Shown here piece after piece: positions 1 to 9,119 of a stretch of 64,000 nt of DNA. How positions within the stretch are numbered: position 1 is the stretch's first letter; each line of letters begins with the position of its first letter. The stretch is from NCBI GenBank assembly GCA_963826935.1, contig CAWGYH010000009.1, positions 79,922-143,921 on the forward strand, read 5' to 3'. Origin of the DNA: an uncultured Chlamydiales bacterium (GTDB taxonomy: Bacteria > Chlamydiota > Chlamydiia > Chlamydiales > FEN-1388). The notes below the pieces were generated by a model. It was not told the origin of the DNA and searched no databases. It was given only the letters and a program-made list of their open reading frames with translations. The translations under genes and the position numbers were made by a program.

Positions 1-1
1 C

Positions 2-382
2 GTCTACTTAGCCTCCGGCCTTATCCTCTTTATCGTAGCTATTAAAATTATATTTCCAAGTTCTGATCCCGATGAGCTCCAGGTTCCCGAGGGCGAGCCC
101 TTTATTGTACCTATGGCTATACCGATGGTTGCAGGGCCGGCGCTTTTAGCTACCATCATGCTCTATGCCGAGTCTGAAACTCGCATTATGCCGATGCTTT
201 TTGCCATAATCTTTGCATGGATTGCCTCCTGCATTATCTTGATTAATTCTAAGCGTATATTAGCCCTTCTTGGCTCAAGCGGTGTTACTGCCTGTGAAAA
301 GCTTATGGGCATGGTCCTTGTACTTATCTCTGTACAGCGGCTCGCAGCAGGCATCCTTTTGCTCTTTGGTCGCCATGCGTAA
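2..382 (+). CDS. marC: MarC family inner membrane protein (5'-truncated by window edge)
   Basis: Frame open from position 2: ...GLILFIVAIKIIFP...EPFIVPMAIPMVAGPA..., ending ...EKLMGMVLVLISVQRL; the PxAIPxxAGP motif is typical of MarC. Confidence 0.85.
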   Translation, partial: VYLASGLILFIVAIKIIFPSSDPDELQVPEGEPFIVPMAIPMVAGPALLATIMLYAESETRIMPMLFAIIFAWIASCIILINSKRILALLGSSGVTACEKLMGMVLVLISVQRLAAGILLLFGRHA

Positions 383-1172
383 CATTATGATGCAGCTTGC
401 CTATGATGGAACAAACTATCTAGGCTGGCAGAAGACAAACCTCGATCCTACAGAGCCCAGTGTTGAGTATGTTGTTGAAACTACCCTCAGCAAGATTTTG
501 CAGTCCCCCATCTCCCTGCAGGCTGCAAGCCGCACAGATAGAGGCGTGCATGCCCTTGGCCAGGTTATAAACTTTACGACAGAAAATGAGACGCTAACGC
601 CTGAGCGCCTGCAGCACAGCCTCAACTGCCTTTTGCCGGAAGATATTCGCGCTCTATCCTGTTCTGAGCAAGCCCTTGACTTTCATGCAACTGTCCATGC
701 AAAGGGAAAGCAGTATGTCTACCGCATCTTTACAGGCCCCGTAATGCTGCCCTGCCTGCGCTTTACCCACTGGCATATGTCTGAACCGCTCGATCGCGAA
801 AAGATGCTTTCAGCCTCCCACATCCTTGTAGGCGAGCATGACTTTGTGGCTTTCCGCAACCACCGTAAAGGCATAGACTATAATGACACCGTCCGCGATG
901 TGCATAGCATCGACCTCAAGTACAAAGAGACAAATATCATCGAAATCAGGGTCACTGCAAACAACTTCCTCTACAAAATGTGTCGCAACATCGTAGGCAC
1001 CCTCGTCTATGTAGGCCTTGGTAAAATCTCGCCGGGAGCGGTCGCCAAGCTCCTCCAGGGAGAAGCCTTGCGCGCCGAGGCAGGCATCACCGCACCCGCC
1101 CAAGGCCTTACTCTAAACAAAGTTTTCTATGGCCAGCTCCAGCTATCGACGGATCAGCCTGATATAATGTGA
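375..1172 (+). CDS. truA: tRNA pseudouridine(38-40) synthase TruA
   Basis: LAYDGTNYLGWQ, ASRTDRGVHALGQ with catalytic Asp, FLYKMCRNIVG, TAPAQGLTL; ATG at 375 overlaps the marC stop. Confidence 0.95.
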   Translation: MRNIMMQLAYDGTNYLGWQKTNLDPTEPSVEYVVETTLSKILQSPISLQAASRTDRGVHALGQVINFTTENETLTPERLQHSLNCLLPEDIRALSCSEQALDFHATVHAKGKQYVYRIFTGPVMLPCLRFTHWHMSEPLDREKMLSASHILVGEHDFVAFRNHRKGIDYNDTVRDVHSIDLKYKETNIIEIRVTANNFLYKMCRNIVGTLVYVGLGKISPGAVAKLLQGEALRAEAGITAPAQGLTLNKVFYGQLQLSTDQPDIM

Positions 1173-1213
1173 TTGGTAGAGCCTTTAGGCCCTAAAGTTT
1201 TGAGAGAGCATGC

Positions 1214-1933
1214 ATGTTTACCCAAGAAATGTTCGTAAGCCTTGCTAACGCAGGCTGGAAGTTTACCCCTTTTGAAGAAAGTGAGCAGGGGCGATGCGCC
1301 GCCCTTGCAAAGCGTACAGCCCTTCTTCGCTTAGACAAATTAGTAAATCCATGCGCTGCTAAAGTAACCGCATGCGCCCTCACTGCCCTTGCAGGGTTAA
1401 TCGAACCGCTTTTCTTTGTTTTTAGCGGATTTTTTGGAACCTTTGCCGTAAAATCCCTCTATCGCTACAAAAAGCTTCAACGGCAAATTGATGCCATTTA
1501 TTCTTTAAAAACTCAGTTGCATTATCTCTACGAGGTACGCAAGGTCATTTACCATCAAAACTATACCCTCATGCTTTCCCGCAGCCAAACAAAGACTAAA
1601 AAAATTGCCCAGCAGATTGCAAAAGCTTGGCTCTCATTTCCGAATATGCTTGTAAAAGAGTTCCCGATTGACGTTGTAGAGCCCTTTATAAAACAGAAAA
1701 AAGCTATCATTTGCCATCTCTCTACCCTGCAGATTGCTTCGGCAAACCCAAAAGTCAAAAGAAAAGTATCTGGCAGCTTGCAAAGCATAGCAGAAGTCGG
1801 CAGCAATCAAGGCCCCTTAGCCGCACTCATCCTGGACTTGCAAAGATCAATAGAGCGCTTGCAGATGGCTGTAGAATCTAGCCCGAGTTTACAAGTTATG
1901 GAACGCCGCTTGATGCAATCTTTTGATCCATAA
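1214..1933 (+). CDS. Hypothetical membrane protein with bilobed hydrophobic segment
   Basis: 239-aa ORF; hydrophobic stretch VTACALTALAGLIEPLFFVFSGFFGTFAV followed by helical/coiled-coil-like sequence. Confidence 0.65.
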   Translation: MFTQEMFVSLANAGWKFTPFEESEQGRCAALAKRTALLRLDKLVNPCAAKVTACALTALAGLIEPLFFVFSGFFGTFAVKSLYRYKKLQRQIDAIYSLKTQLHYLYEVRKVIYHQNYTLMLSRSQTKTKKIAQQIAKAWLSFPNMLVKEFPIDVVEPFIKQKKAIICHLSTLQIASANPKVKRKVSGSLQSIAEVGSNQGPLAALILDLQRSIERLQMAVESSPSLQVMERRLMQSFDP

Positions 1934-2634
1934 TGACTTAAAGATGGGGCAGTTTACCGAGGTAGGGGCCTTGTTCACCTTTTCGGTCACGCTATGGGTC
2001 GCAACACCGTAGGTTCTGGAGTGCGACGATCATTCGTCGCTTTCACTTTGACCACACACCCTGATAGCCTCACCGCTCAAGCCACAAATCACCTAAAGCC
2101 TTGAATGACAAACTTTAAGACATAGAATTAAAGCAATTTTTAAGCCCCGAGCGGTTTTGTTATAAGGGTGCTAGGTCAAAGTGAAAGCGACGAATGATCG
2201 TCGCACTTCTAAGTAACTCAAATTGGTTTCCATGTGCCCTTACAACATGTTGTGAGCAGGTGTGTATATAAATTATTTGGAGCCAGAAAAACAGCGTAGC
2301 TAATGGCATCCTATGATTAAAAAAACCGAGTAGAGGAAAAGTGCAGATTTATGAATCACTCTTCTAAACGGGATAGCTAGGCTTCCCAATGGTATTATCG
2401 CCAACTTTTCCGACCAAACTCCAAAACAGGTATAAAACACTATTGTGCGGACGGCCAATTTTTTCCACTCTGGAGAAATTATATCAGGGTGAAATATTAT
2501 TCACCCCAGTTACTTTTCGGTATCAGCGACCTTGTCGCTTGGATACTCCAAAGGCTTTCGCCGTTGACCGAAATTTCTCTGAGAAAAGGTGAATAAGGCC
2601 GAGGTAGGTAATACGGCCCCGTCTTTAAGCCATT
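1932..2634. repeat. Nested MITE/REPIN-like element (repeat family A)
   Basis: Imperfect ~53-bp terminal inverted repeats at 1932-1984 and 2583-2634; inner perfect 34-bp inverted repeat at 2020-2053 and 2174-2207, each arm containing the hairpin GCGACGA-N4-TCGTCGC. Confidence 0.75.
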
Positions 2635-2684
2635 CTGAATCAAAATCTTGCATCAATCGACATTCCCTAACTTGTAAACTCGGG

Positions 2685-3149
2685 CTAGCAAATCGCACTA
2701 AAATCCCGGCTATAGTAGGCTGCCGTTTTACCGACCCAAGCGCCAAGTGATAGCGCGATAATCGGTACAAACACAGTTGCATGATGGTCAATATGGCAAA
2801 CCGTCATGGCTACATTTGCAGCAAGGGAGATAGCAGGTGGAAGCTTAACTTGTGTCAGCTGCTCAATCAAGCCATATGCACAGGAAGATGTGCGATGGGT
2901 GATATCTACTGCATTTTTATTTTGCATATAGCTATAAATGCCTGTGAGTATGCCCCCGATAAAAAATGGGACAAATAACTCAAAATCCGTGCAGGCAGAA
3001 AAAACACCAAGCCCAATGGCTGTTATTTTTTCGATAAGCGGCAGTAACGAATCAAAGCGCGCTTTGAGGGAATTGGTTGATCGTGATACGTGTTCATGCT
3101 TATGAAGTTCGCAACCTGAATTGCAACGTGTTAGGGAGGGGCTGGACAT
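2685..3149 (-). CDS. Hypothetical membrane protein
   Basis: 154-aa ORF with several hydrophobic segments (ITAIGLGVFSAC, LFVPFFIGGILTGIY, VFVPIIALSLGAWV). Confidence 0.6.
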   Translation of the reverse strand: MSSPSLTRCNSGCELHKHEHVSRSTNSLKARFDSLLPLIEKITAIGLGVFSACTDFELFVPFFIGGILTGIYSYMQNKNAVDITHRTSSCAYGLIEQLTQVKLPPAISLAANVAMTVCHIDHHATVFVPIIALSLGAWVGKTAAYYSRDFSAIC

Positions 3150-3409
3150 GATATTTTCCTTGTAAAGGGAGTTAACTTAGGTGAATTTTTCCAGAAACCC
3201 CGATACAATATTGCAAATGCAGATTCATTTGCAATAAGTAAACGAAAATCGGGTTGGAGTCCAGGCCCCAATGGTGTCAACTTAAGAAAATTTATATTAG
3301 TTCTGAAAAGGTTGTGAAATACCATCTCTCCCTTCGGGAGAAAACTCGAGTTTGGATAAGGTTCGACGGACACCGTTCTTGTATGCTTAACGTACATATT
3401 GGTGATCCA

Positions 3410-3522
3410 TTCGGTCTCGGTCTCGGTCACGGTCTCGGTCTCGATTGTTACGAAGTATGCTTAGTTAAAGGCGAAGCTTCGCCTGCACAACGTCTACAGT
3501 CGAGACCGAGACCGAGACCGAA
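3410..3522. repeat. Inverted hexamer-array element (CGGTCT)5...(AGACCG)3 with central palindrome
   Basis: Five CGGTC[T/A] units at 3412-3441, three AGACCG units at 3503-3520, perfect palindrome AGGCGAAGCTTCGCCT at 3469-3484. Confidence 0.8.
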
Positions 3523-3595
3523 CGGTTTACCTCCAAGATGTTATGCGCAAGCTACAAATTAGAATTGAAGCACTCAAGGGGGCAAACAGTTAAAA

Positions 3596-4039
3596 CTATT
3601 TCTTTTTTTGGGAAATGGTGCTTAGATGGCCATACCAGGTAAATGTATAGGTTGTTTTGTTGCACAGTTTGATTGAAAAGTTATTGCCGTCTAAGAATGC
3701 GAGGTCTTGGATGGGAAGCGAAGCTTTTGAAAAAGCATTTTGCCAGTGATTTATATGATACTGCATAGTGCGGGTGCGATGTTCTATGCTTTTTGATTTA
3801 AGGTAGAGAACCGGGAGGATTACGGGGGCGAAAATAACAGTTACTACAATCGCAGTTACAAGAAGTGCGATTTTTTGCGGCCTGTCGCGAGTTTCGTAGT
3901 TTCCATCTTGCAGCAAGACTACTTTGCGCATGCCAAGGACGATGTTGAGCGGCCTTAAAAAAAAGTCATAACTTTTGCAGGCAATCGATTTATTATAGCT
4001 ATGGGGATCCTCTATTTCACAAATGGCCGCTTCAATCAC
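3596..4039 (-). CDS. Hypothetical protein with long hydrophobic segment
   Basis: Open frame with IALLVTAIVVTVIFAPVILPVLYL; the start is uncertain (GTG 4039 overlapping the DUF368 stop, or TTG 4075). Confidence 0.5.
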   Translation of the reverse strand: MIEAAICEIEDPHSYNKSIACKSYDFFLRPLNIVLGMRKVVLLQDGNYETRDRPQKIALLVTAIVVTVIFAPVILPVLYLKSKSIEHRTRTMQYHINHWQNAFSKASLPIQDLAFLDGNNFSIKLCNKTTYTFTWYGHLSTISQKKK

Positions 4040-4958
4040 ATGCGCCTCGCCTTTTTGCCATATGCTCAATTGCAAATACAGATGCTACGCCCATTGCAAA
4101 AAATAGGGCAGCATACATAAATGCTACAGATGCAACATCCGGCAGGATAGGGGAAACCGGCCTGAGATTAGGCTCGAAGGCATAGCTCCAAAATGGCCAG
4201 ACAGAGCGAAGGGCGCCAAGCATAAACCCGACAAGAAGGGCTATTGTCTCTTGACGATATCGATTAAAGAGAAATTTTATTATGCGAGCAAAACAGACAG
4301 CACCAAGCACAATGCCAACTGCCATGCAGCCCACAATGCGAAAGGAGCTAAGATCAAATTCGCCAAGCTTTAAGTGGTGTACAAAACGTAAGAGGGCATG
4401 CAGAATTTGCTCATAGACCCCTAAAATATTGAGGATATAGCTTCCTGATATGCCAGGAAGAAGCATAGCAGAAATGGCCATGGCGCCGCACAACACAATC
4501 CAGAGGCTGTTTAATGACCCTTCCTCCCCTTTTGGGGTAACATTTGGGTCCGTTAACAAAAAGGCTGCTACCACTCCACAACAAAGTGTAAGCGCACTTT
4601 TTATGGTAAATCCATTCATAAGGCGCGCCAAGAAGATGCTAGAGCCCACCACAAGACCCATGAAGGCCGAATAGAGAAGGGGCCGCAAGTTTTCATCTAA
4701 AAGGCAGTGCTGAATTGCCTTTGCAAGAGACAGAAAGGATATGGCAACGCCCGCTATAAAGGGCAGCAAAAACTGCCAGCGAAGTTCCCGAAAAAAGGCT
4801 CGAAACTGCAGGGTACAAAGAAGTTTTAGATTTGCGCTGCTGATCGCTTGAAGGAGCTCTTCGTAGATGCCTATAATAAAAGCAACTGTCCCCCCGGATA
4901 TGCCGGGGACTATATCTGCTGCTCCGACACAAAGGCCGGAAAGCAAACGTTTGAGCAT
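4032..4958 (-). CDS. DUF368 family membrane protein (putative undecaprenyl-phosphate translocase)
   Basis: Duplicated signature GAADIVPGISGGTVAFIIGIY and AMLLPGISGSYILNILGVY; multiple TM helices. Confidence 0.9.
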   Translation of the reverse strand: MLKRLLSGLCVGAADIVPGISGGTVAFIIGIYEELLQAISSANLKLLCTLQFRAFFRELRWQFLLPFIAGVAISFLSLAKAIQHCLLDENLRPLLYSAFMGLVVGSSIFLARLMNGFTIKSALTLCCGVVAAFLLTDPNVTPKGEEGSLNSLWIVLCGAMAISAMLLPGISGSYILNILGVYEQILHALLRFVHHLKLGEFDLSSFRIVGCMAVGIVLGAVCFARIIKFLFNRYRQETIALLVGFMLGALRSVWPFWSYAFEPNLRPVSPILPDVASVAFMYAALFFAMGVASVFAIEHMAKRRGACD

Positions 4959-5363
4959 CTAGACAACCTCGAGCATTTTAGCAGCATAGTAGGCAATAAC
5001 CATTAAAACAAAAAAGGCAGCAATCCAGAATGACCCCGGCATCCACTTTACCCCGGCTCCATGGTTGCCGCGAGGCTCTAAGGTGCCTATGCCATAGGCA
5101 AAATCCTGCTGAATGTTCTTTTTAAAGATATCTTGGCTATCTGCTATAAGCCTTTCGCCATCAAGGCCCAAAAAGATTGCATACTGCTTTGCAAAACCTT
5201 GCGCGTAGATGGGCGATATAAGCCGCTCCATCTGCCCCTCTTCAATGGCCTGGAGATAGCCTGACCGGATAGAGGTAGAATTTTCTACGTCTTTAAGCGA
5301 CAGGTTCATTTCTTTTCGTCTGGAACGGAGCATATCCCCAATTCCCTTCAGGTCTTGAGCCAT
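4959..5363 (-). CDS. rodZ: RodZ-like XRE helix-turn-helix membrane protein
   Basis: IGDMLRSRRKEMNLSLKDVENSTSIRSGYLQAIEEG...YAQGFAKQYAIFLGLD plus C-terminal TM; divergent from rnhC as in Chlamydia. Confidence 0.8.
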   Translation of the reverse strand: MAQDLKGIGDMLRSRRKEMNLSLKDVENSTSIRSGYLQAIEEGQMERLISPIYAQGFAKQYAIFLGLDGERLIADSQDIFKKNIQQDFAYGIGTLEPRGNHGAGVKWMPGSFWIAAFFVLMVIAYYAAKMLEVV

Positions 5364-5429
5364 AAAAAGTATCCTTGTTAAGTACTTTTGATTATAGTAC
5401 ATGCTGACAAAAATTGGCACAAAATAATG

Positions 5430-5643
5430 AATCTCGACTTTGTAACTTTTTGGTGAGCGATTTCTCCTCAGAGGGCCTTCAGCTTTAATTTAATTTCTCC
5501 GGATCGGCTTAAACAAGCATGGGGCCCCTGCCCCATCCGCGGACTTAGCCCGAAAGGGCGAAGCCCGCCTTCCGGAGAAATTAAATTAGAGATGGGGGCC
5601 CTATGTGGAGAAAGCGCCACCAAAAAGTTGCAAAGTCGAGATT
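5430..5643 (+). repeat. Long inverted repeat (~73-bp stem) capped by three hairpins; candidate structured RNA
   Basis: Arms 5430-5503 and 5571-5643; loop hairpins at 5507-5518, 5519-5536 and 5539-5568 (the last with a GAAA tetraloop). Confidence 0.85.
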
Positions 5644-5663
5644 AATCAGGTATTCTGATTGCC

Positions 5664-6572
5664 ATGACAGATAAAACCCCAACAAAGCCATTCGTGGCAA
5701 CATTAGATAAATCCAAAACTGAACTCTTGCGGCAAGAGCTTCAAGACCAGGGGTTTGAGTTTTCAACGCCTCCCTACACAATCTTTGCAGCAAAGAAAAA
5801 AGGGATTGCAGTTACCCTCTATACATCACTAAAGCTCACTGTGATGGGAAAAGAGATGGGTGAATTTATTGAATTTTTCTTAGAGCCAAAAATTCTTGGT
5901 ACCTTTAGCTTTTCGCATCCCGTTGCAGCTCGCGAGCTTGACCTGACAGCACGAATCGGCGTTGACGAGGCTGGAAAGGGCGATTTTTTTGGCCCTCTCT
6001 GCATTGCAGCGGTATATGCTCACGGTGCAGAGATTGAGAAAATGGCAGAATTGGGAGTTCGAGACTCAAAAAATTTAAGTGATCCTGTAGCTCTTAAGCT
6101 TGCAGATATAATTAAAAAGAATTTTGCACATGAAGTGATACGCATAAGCCCTATCAAGTACAACGAGATGTACGCAAACTTTGGCAACCTCAACAGCCTG
6201 CTTGCCTGGGGCCATGCGACGGCAATAGAACAGCTTGTCCTTCGCACACACTGCAAAAATGTGGTGATCGATAAATTTGCGCATGAGTTTGTAGTGGAGC
6301 GAGCTGTAGCGAGAAAAAAGCTGGAAATAAATCTGACTCAAAAGGTGCGAGCCGAAGAGGACCTTGTTGTAGCTGCAGCCTCAATCCTTGCCAGAGCTGC
6401 CTTTTTAGACGGCATGAAAAGGCTATCTGACGAATATGGCTTTGAGCTGCCAAAGGGAGCCTCTGATAAAGTAATCCAAGCGGGTAAAAAGGCAGTAGCT
6501 ACCTTTGGGCGCGATGTGTTACAAAAGATCGCAAAAACACACTTTAAGACAACATGCTTCATAGACTCCTAA
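5664..6572 (+). CDS. rnhC: Ribonuclease HIII
   Basis: N-terminal TBP-like domain; RIGVDEAGKGDFFGPL, GVRDSKNL, VVIDKFA, VAAASILAR, ELPKGAS. Confidence 0.95.
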   Translation: MTDKTPTKPFVATLDKSKTELLRQELQDQGFEFSTPPYTIFAAKKKGIAVTLYTSLKLTVMGKEMGEFIEFFLEPKILGTFSFSHPVAARELDLTARIGVDEAGKGDFFGPLCIAAVYAHGAEIEKMAELGVRDSKNLSDPVALKLADIIKKNFAHEVIRISPIKYNEMYANFGNLNSLLAWGHATAIEQLVLRTHCKNVVIDKFAHEFVVERAVARKKLEINLTQKVRAEEDLVVAAASILARAAFLDGMKRLSDEYGFELPKGASDKVIQAGKKAVATFGRDVLQKIAKTHFKTTCFIDS

Positions 6573-8170
6573 TTAAAAATCTTGTGCTCGTAGAATCCTC
6601 TGAAGTAACCTTTCAGCCGGGCTTTACAGCAATTACAGGTGAAACCGGCGCCGGAAAGTCGATCCTTCTCTCCTCCCTTAGCCTGCTTTTAGGAGGAAGG
6701 CTTGACAGCTCCCTTATCCGCCAGGGGGCCTCTTCCAGCATTGTTGAAGCTACATTTTCTGTTCCAAAAATCCTTCCCGAGTTAGATCTTGCGGGCATTT
6801 CTTACGATGAAAGCGGCGAGGTGACCATCCGTCGCGAGCTTTTAGCATCCGGAAAATCGCGCGCCTTCATTAACGACCAGGCAGTCCAGCTTACCCTCCT
6901 CAAAAAGCTCTCAGGCTATTTAATAGAGGTTTCGGCCCAGCATGCCCACATAGAGCTTACCCAGCAGGGAGCGCCGCTTGATATCCTAGACAGCTTTGCT
7001 GCAAACTTTGACCTTCTGGCATCCTTTCAAGCCTCTTATAAAGAGCTCTTATCGCTCATGAAAGCAAAAACTGACTTTATCGCACTGCAGCAAGAGCGCA
7101 TGCGCAAGATGCAGGCAGCCCAGCGCGAAATTGAAGAAATTGACTCTATAGAGCCGCATGAAGGCGAAGATGACTCCCTCTATAGCGAATATTCGCAGCT
7201 TGCAAAGGCAACAGAAAGCAGCGAAGAGATCTCAAAGATTCTTGCCATCATGGATGGCCAGGATGGAAGCTGCCTTTCACAGCTTGGGGGCTGTAAGAGC
7301 CACTTTGACAAGCTTATTCAGAAAAATGACGCCCTAAAAGAGCAGCAGGAGAGCTTTAAGTCAGCATTTTCAACGCTGCAAGATGTAGCCTTTGAGCTTA
7401 CAAAGCTTTTAGAGTCGTCCCAAGATGCCCAAATACGCTATCAAGAGATCGACGATCGCCTAAAAAAGCTGCATGAGCTAAAGAAAAAATATGGTCCAAC
7501 ACTTTCGGAAGTTATCAGCTGGAAAGAGAGCCAAAAAAACCACCTCAAAAAGCTTGAATGCGCATCTTTTAGCGAAGATGAACTCGATGAAAAGCTAGCT
7601 CTTTGCAAAAAAGAGGTCGATGGGCTGGCTAAAAAGCTAACAGACGCACGCCAAATCGCTGCTAAAAGCTTCTCTTGCGGCGTTACACAAGAGCTCCAGC
7701 AGCTCAATATGCCAAGTGCGCTCTTTGAAGTTGAACTTGCAGCTCAAACACGCTCACATCTTGGCGACGAGGCTATACACTTTTTCCTTACCCCAAATAG
7801 GGGCGAGCCAAGAGTGCTTGTACAAAATGGTGCAAGCGGCGGCGAGCTTGCGCGCCTCTCTCTTGCCATAAAATGTCAGATGATGGACAAAAACCCTGTC
7901 GGCACCATCCTCTTTGACGAAATAGATGCAAACATCGGCGGCGAAACCGCCACTGTCGTTGGCAAAAAACTTGTCGAACTAGGAAAATGCTGCCAGGTGC
8001 TCACCGTCACCCACTTTCCCCAAGTGGCCATGCATGCCGACAGCCACTTCAGCATAGAAAAGCAAGAAACTGAAGGAAGAACCACCTCCCGCATTCGCCT
8101 CCTTTCCACCGAAGCCGAACGCCATGCCGAGCTTAACCGCATGGTCGGCGGCATCCATATCCCCAAATAG
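6554..8170 (+). CDS. recN: DNA repair protein RecN
   Basis: Walker A ITGETGAGKS, coiled coil, ASGGELARLSL signature, Walker B ILFDEIDANIGG, VTHFPQVA. Confidence 0.95.
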   Translation: MLHRLLIKNLVLVESSEVTFQPGFTAITGETGAGKSILLSSLSLLLGGRLDSSLIRQGASSSIVEATFSVPKILPELDLAGISYDESGEVTIRRELLASGKSRAFINDQAVQLTLLKKLSGYLIEVSAQHAHIELTQQGAPLDILDSFAANFDLLASFQASYKELLSLMKAKTDFIALQQERMRKMQAAQREIEEIDSIEPHEGEDDSLYSEYSQLAKATESSEEISKILAIMDGQDGSCLSQLGGCKSHFDKLIQKNDALKEQQESFKSAFSTLQDVAFELTKLLESSQDAQIRYQEIDDRLKKLHELKKKYGPTLSEVISWKESQKNHLKKLECASFSEDELDEKLALCKKEVDGLAKKLTDARQIAAKSFSCGVTQELQQLNMPSALFEVELAAQTRSHLGDEAIHFFLTPNRGEPRVLVQNGASGGELARLSLAIKCQMMDKNPVGTILFDEIDANIGGETATVVGKKLVELGKCCQVLTVTHFPQVAMHADSHFSIEKQETEGRTTSRIRLLSTEAERHAELNRMVGGIHIPK

Positions 8171-8228
8171 CTTGCATTTTTTTACTGCAGTTTAGTAAGG
8201 TGCAGTGAAATATCATCGGAGGAAAATA

Positions 8229-9104
8229 GTGAAATACCTGATTTTTGTTACTACTCTTTTTGCTTGCACTTCGCTTTTTGCGGAAGAAAAAATGCCCGAC
8301 ATAGAGGTGAAGGCAGCATATAACAATATTAACCGCGCAAAGTTTAATCGCACACGCTCACAAAGGCATCACCACTTTAGCTTTAAGGAAGGCTATGTGG
8401 TAGGAACCTATACGCATCTGATCCCTCGGGCAACTGAGCTTGAATTAGGTGTGGGTTTTATGCGTACGACGTATGACTTTACACATCATCCTAGAAAGAC
8501 AAGCTTTCATGAGCATCATTTCAACAACCTGCTTTTGAACTTTGGTGCCGCTACAGAGGCTTTTGAAAAGTGGGAGTGGGATGCCGGCGTTGGCCTTCAG
8601 ATCAATACTGAGCATTTTAGCCTTTCGCGCTACACCTTCGTCTCCGGGGTCTTGCATGGCAAGCATCAATATAGAGACAACTGCAAGCTCCACGTCGGTA
8701 TTGTAGGCAATACAGGCATGCGCTACACGCGAGTGTTGCCGGTTATTGGCTTTGACTATAAGTTTTCAGAAAAGTGGATGCTGAATGCAGTCTTTCCCCT
8801 TGATATGTCGCTTGAGTATACTATCGACAGCAACTGGTCGCTTGATGCAGCCATTCGCTACATCCTTTCTCGACAGAGGCTCAATGACCATGGGCACTAT
8901 CCACGAGGGCTTGTAGCCTATCGCAACTGGGGTGCTGAAGTTGGCTTAAACTATAAGTTTAAAAAATATGTCGATATAAACCTTCATATTGGTGATGCCT
9001 TTGCCGGAAGAATGCGCATCTCTAACCGTCATGATAAACATAGAAAGCATTTACGGCTTGACTCGGCCCTTTACTACGGCCTGCAAGCTACTGTTGCCTT
9101 TTAA
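8229..9104 (+). CDS. Putative outer-membrane beta-barrel protein
   Basis: Signal peptide MKYLIFVTTLFACTSLFA (GTG start after GAGG), amphipathic beta strands with aromatic girdles, C-terminal YGLQATVAF. Confidence 0.7.
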   Translation: MKYLIFVTTLFACTSLFAEEKMPDIEVKAAYNNINRAKFNRTRSQRHHHFSFKEGYVVGTYTHLIPRATELELGVGFMRTTYDFTHHPRKTSFHEHHFNNLLLNFGAATEAFEKWEWDAGVGLQINTEHFSLSRYTFVSGVLHGKHQYRDNCKLHVGIVGNTGMRYTRVLPVIGFDYKFSEKWMLNAVFPLDMSLEYTIDSNWSLDAAIRYILSRQRLNDHGHYPRGLVAYRNWGAEVGLNYKFKKYVDINLHIGDAFAGRMRISNRHDKHRKHLRLDSALYYGLQATVAF

Positions 9105-9119
9105 CGATAAGGAATCTAT

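Noticed and set aside
3412-3520. Cloning artefact, since GGTCTC/GAGACC are BsaI sites
   Set aside because: They form degenerate tandem arrays around native palindromes, with no vector sequence nearby
5504-5570. Three-hairpin cloverleaf as a tRNA
   Set aside because: Loops are 4 nt, with no anticodon loop, T-arm GTTC motif or CCA end; the stem is far too long
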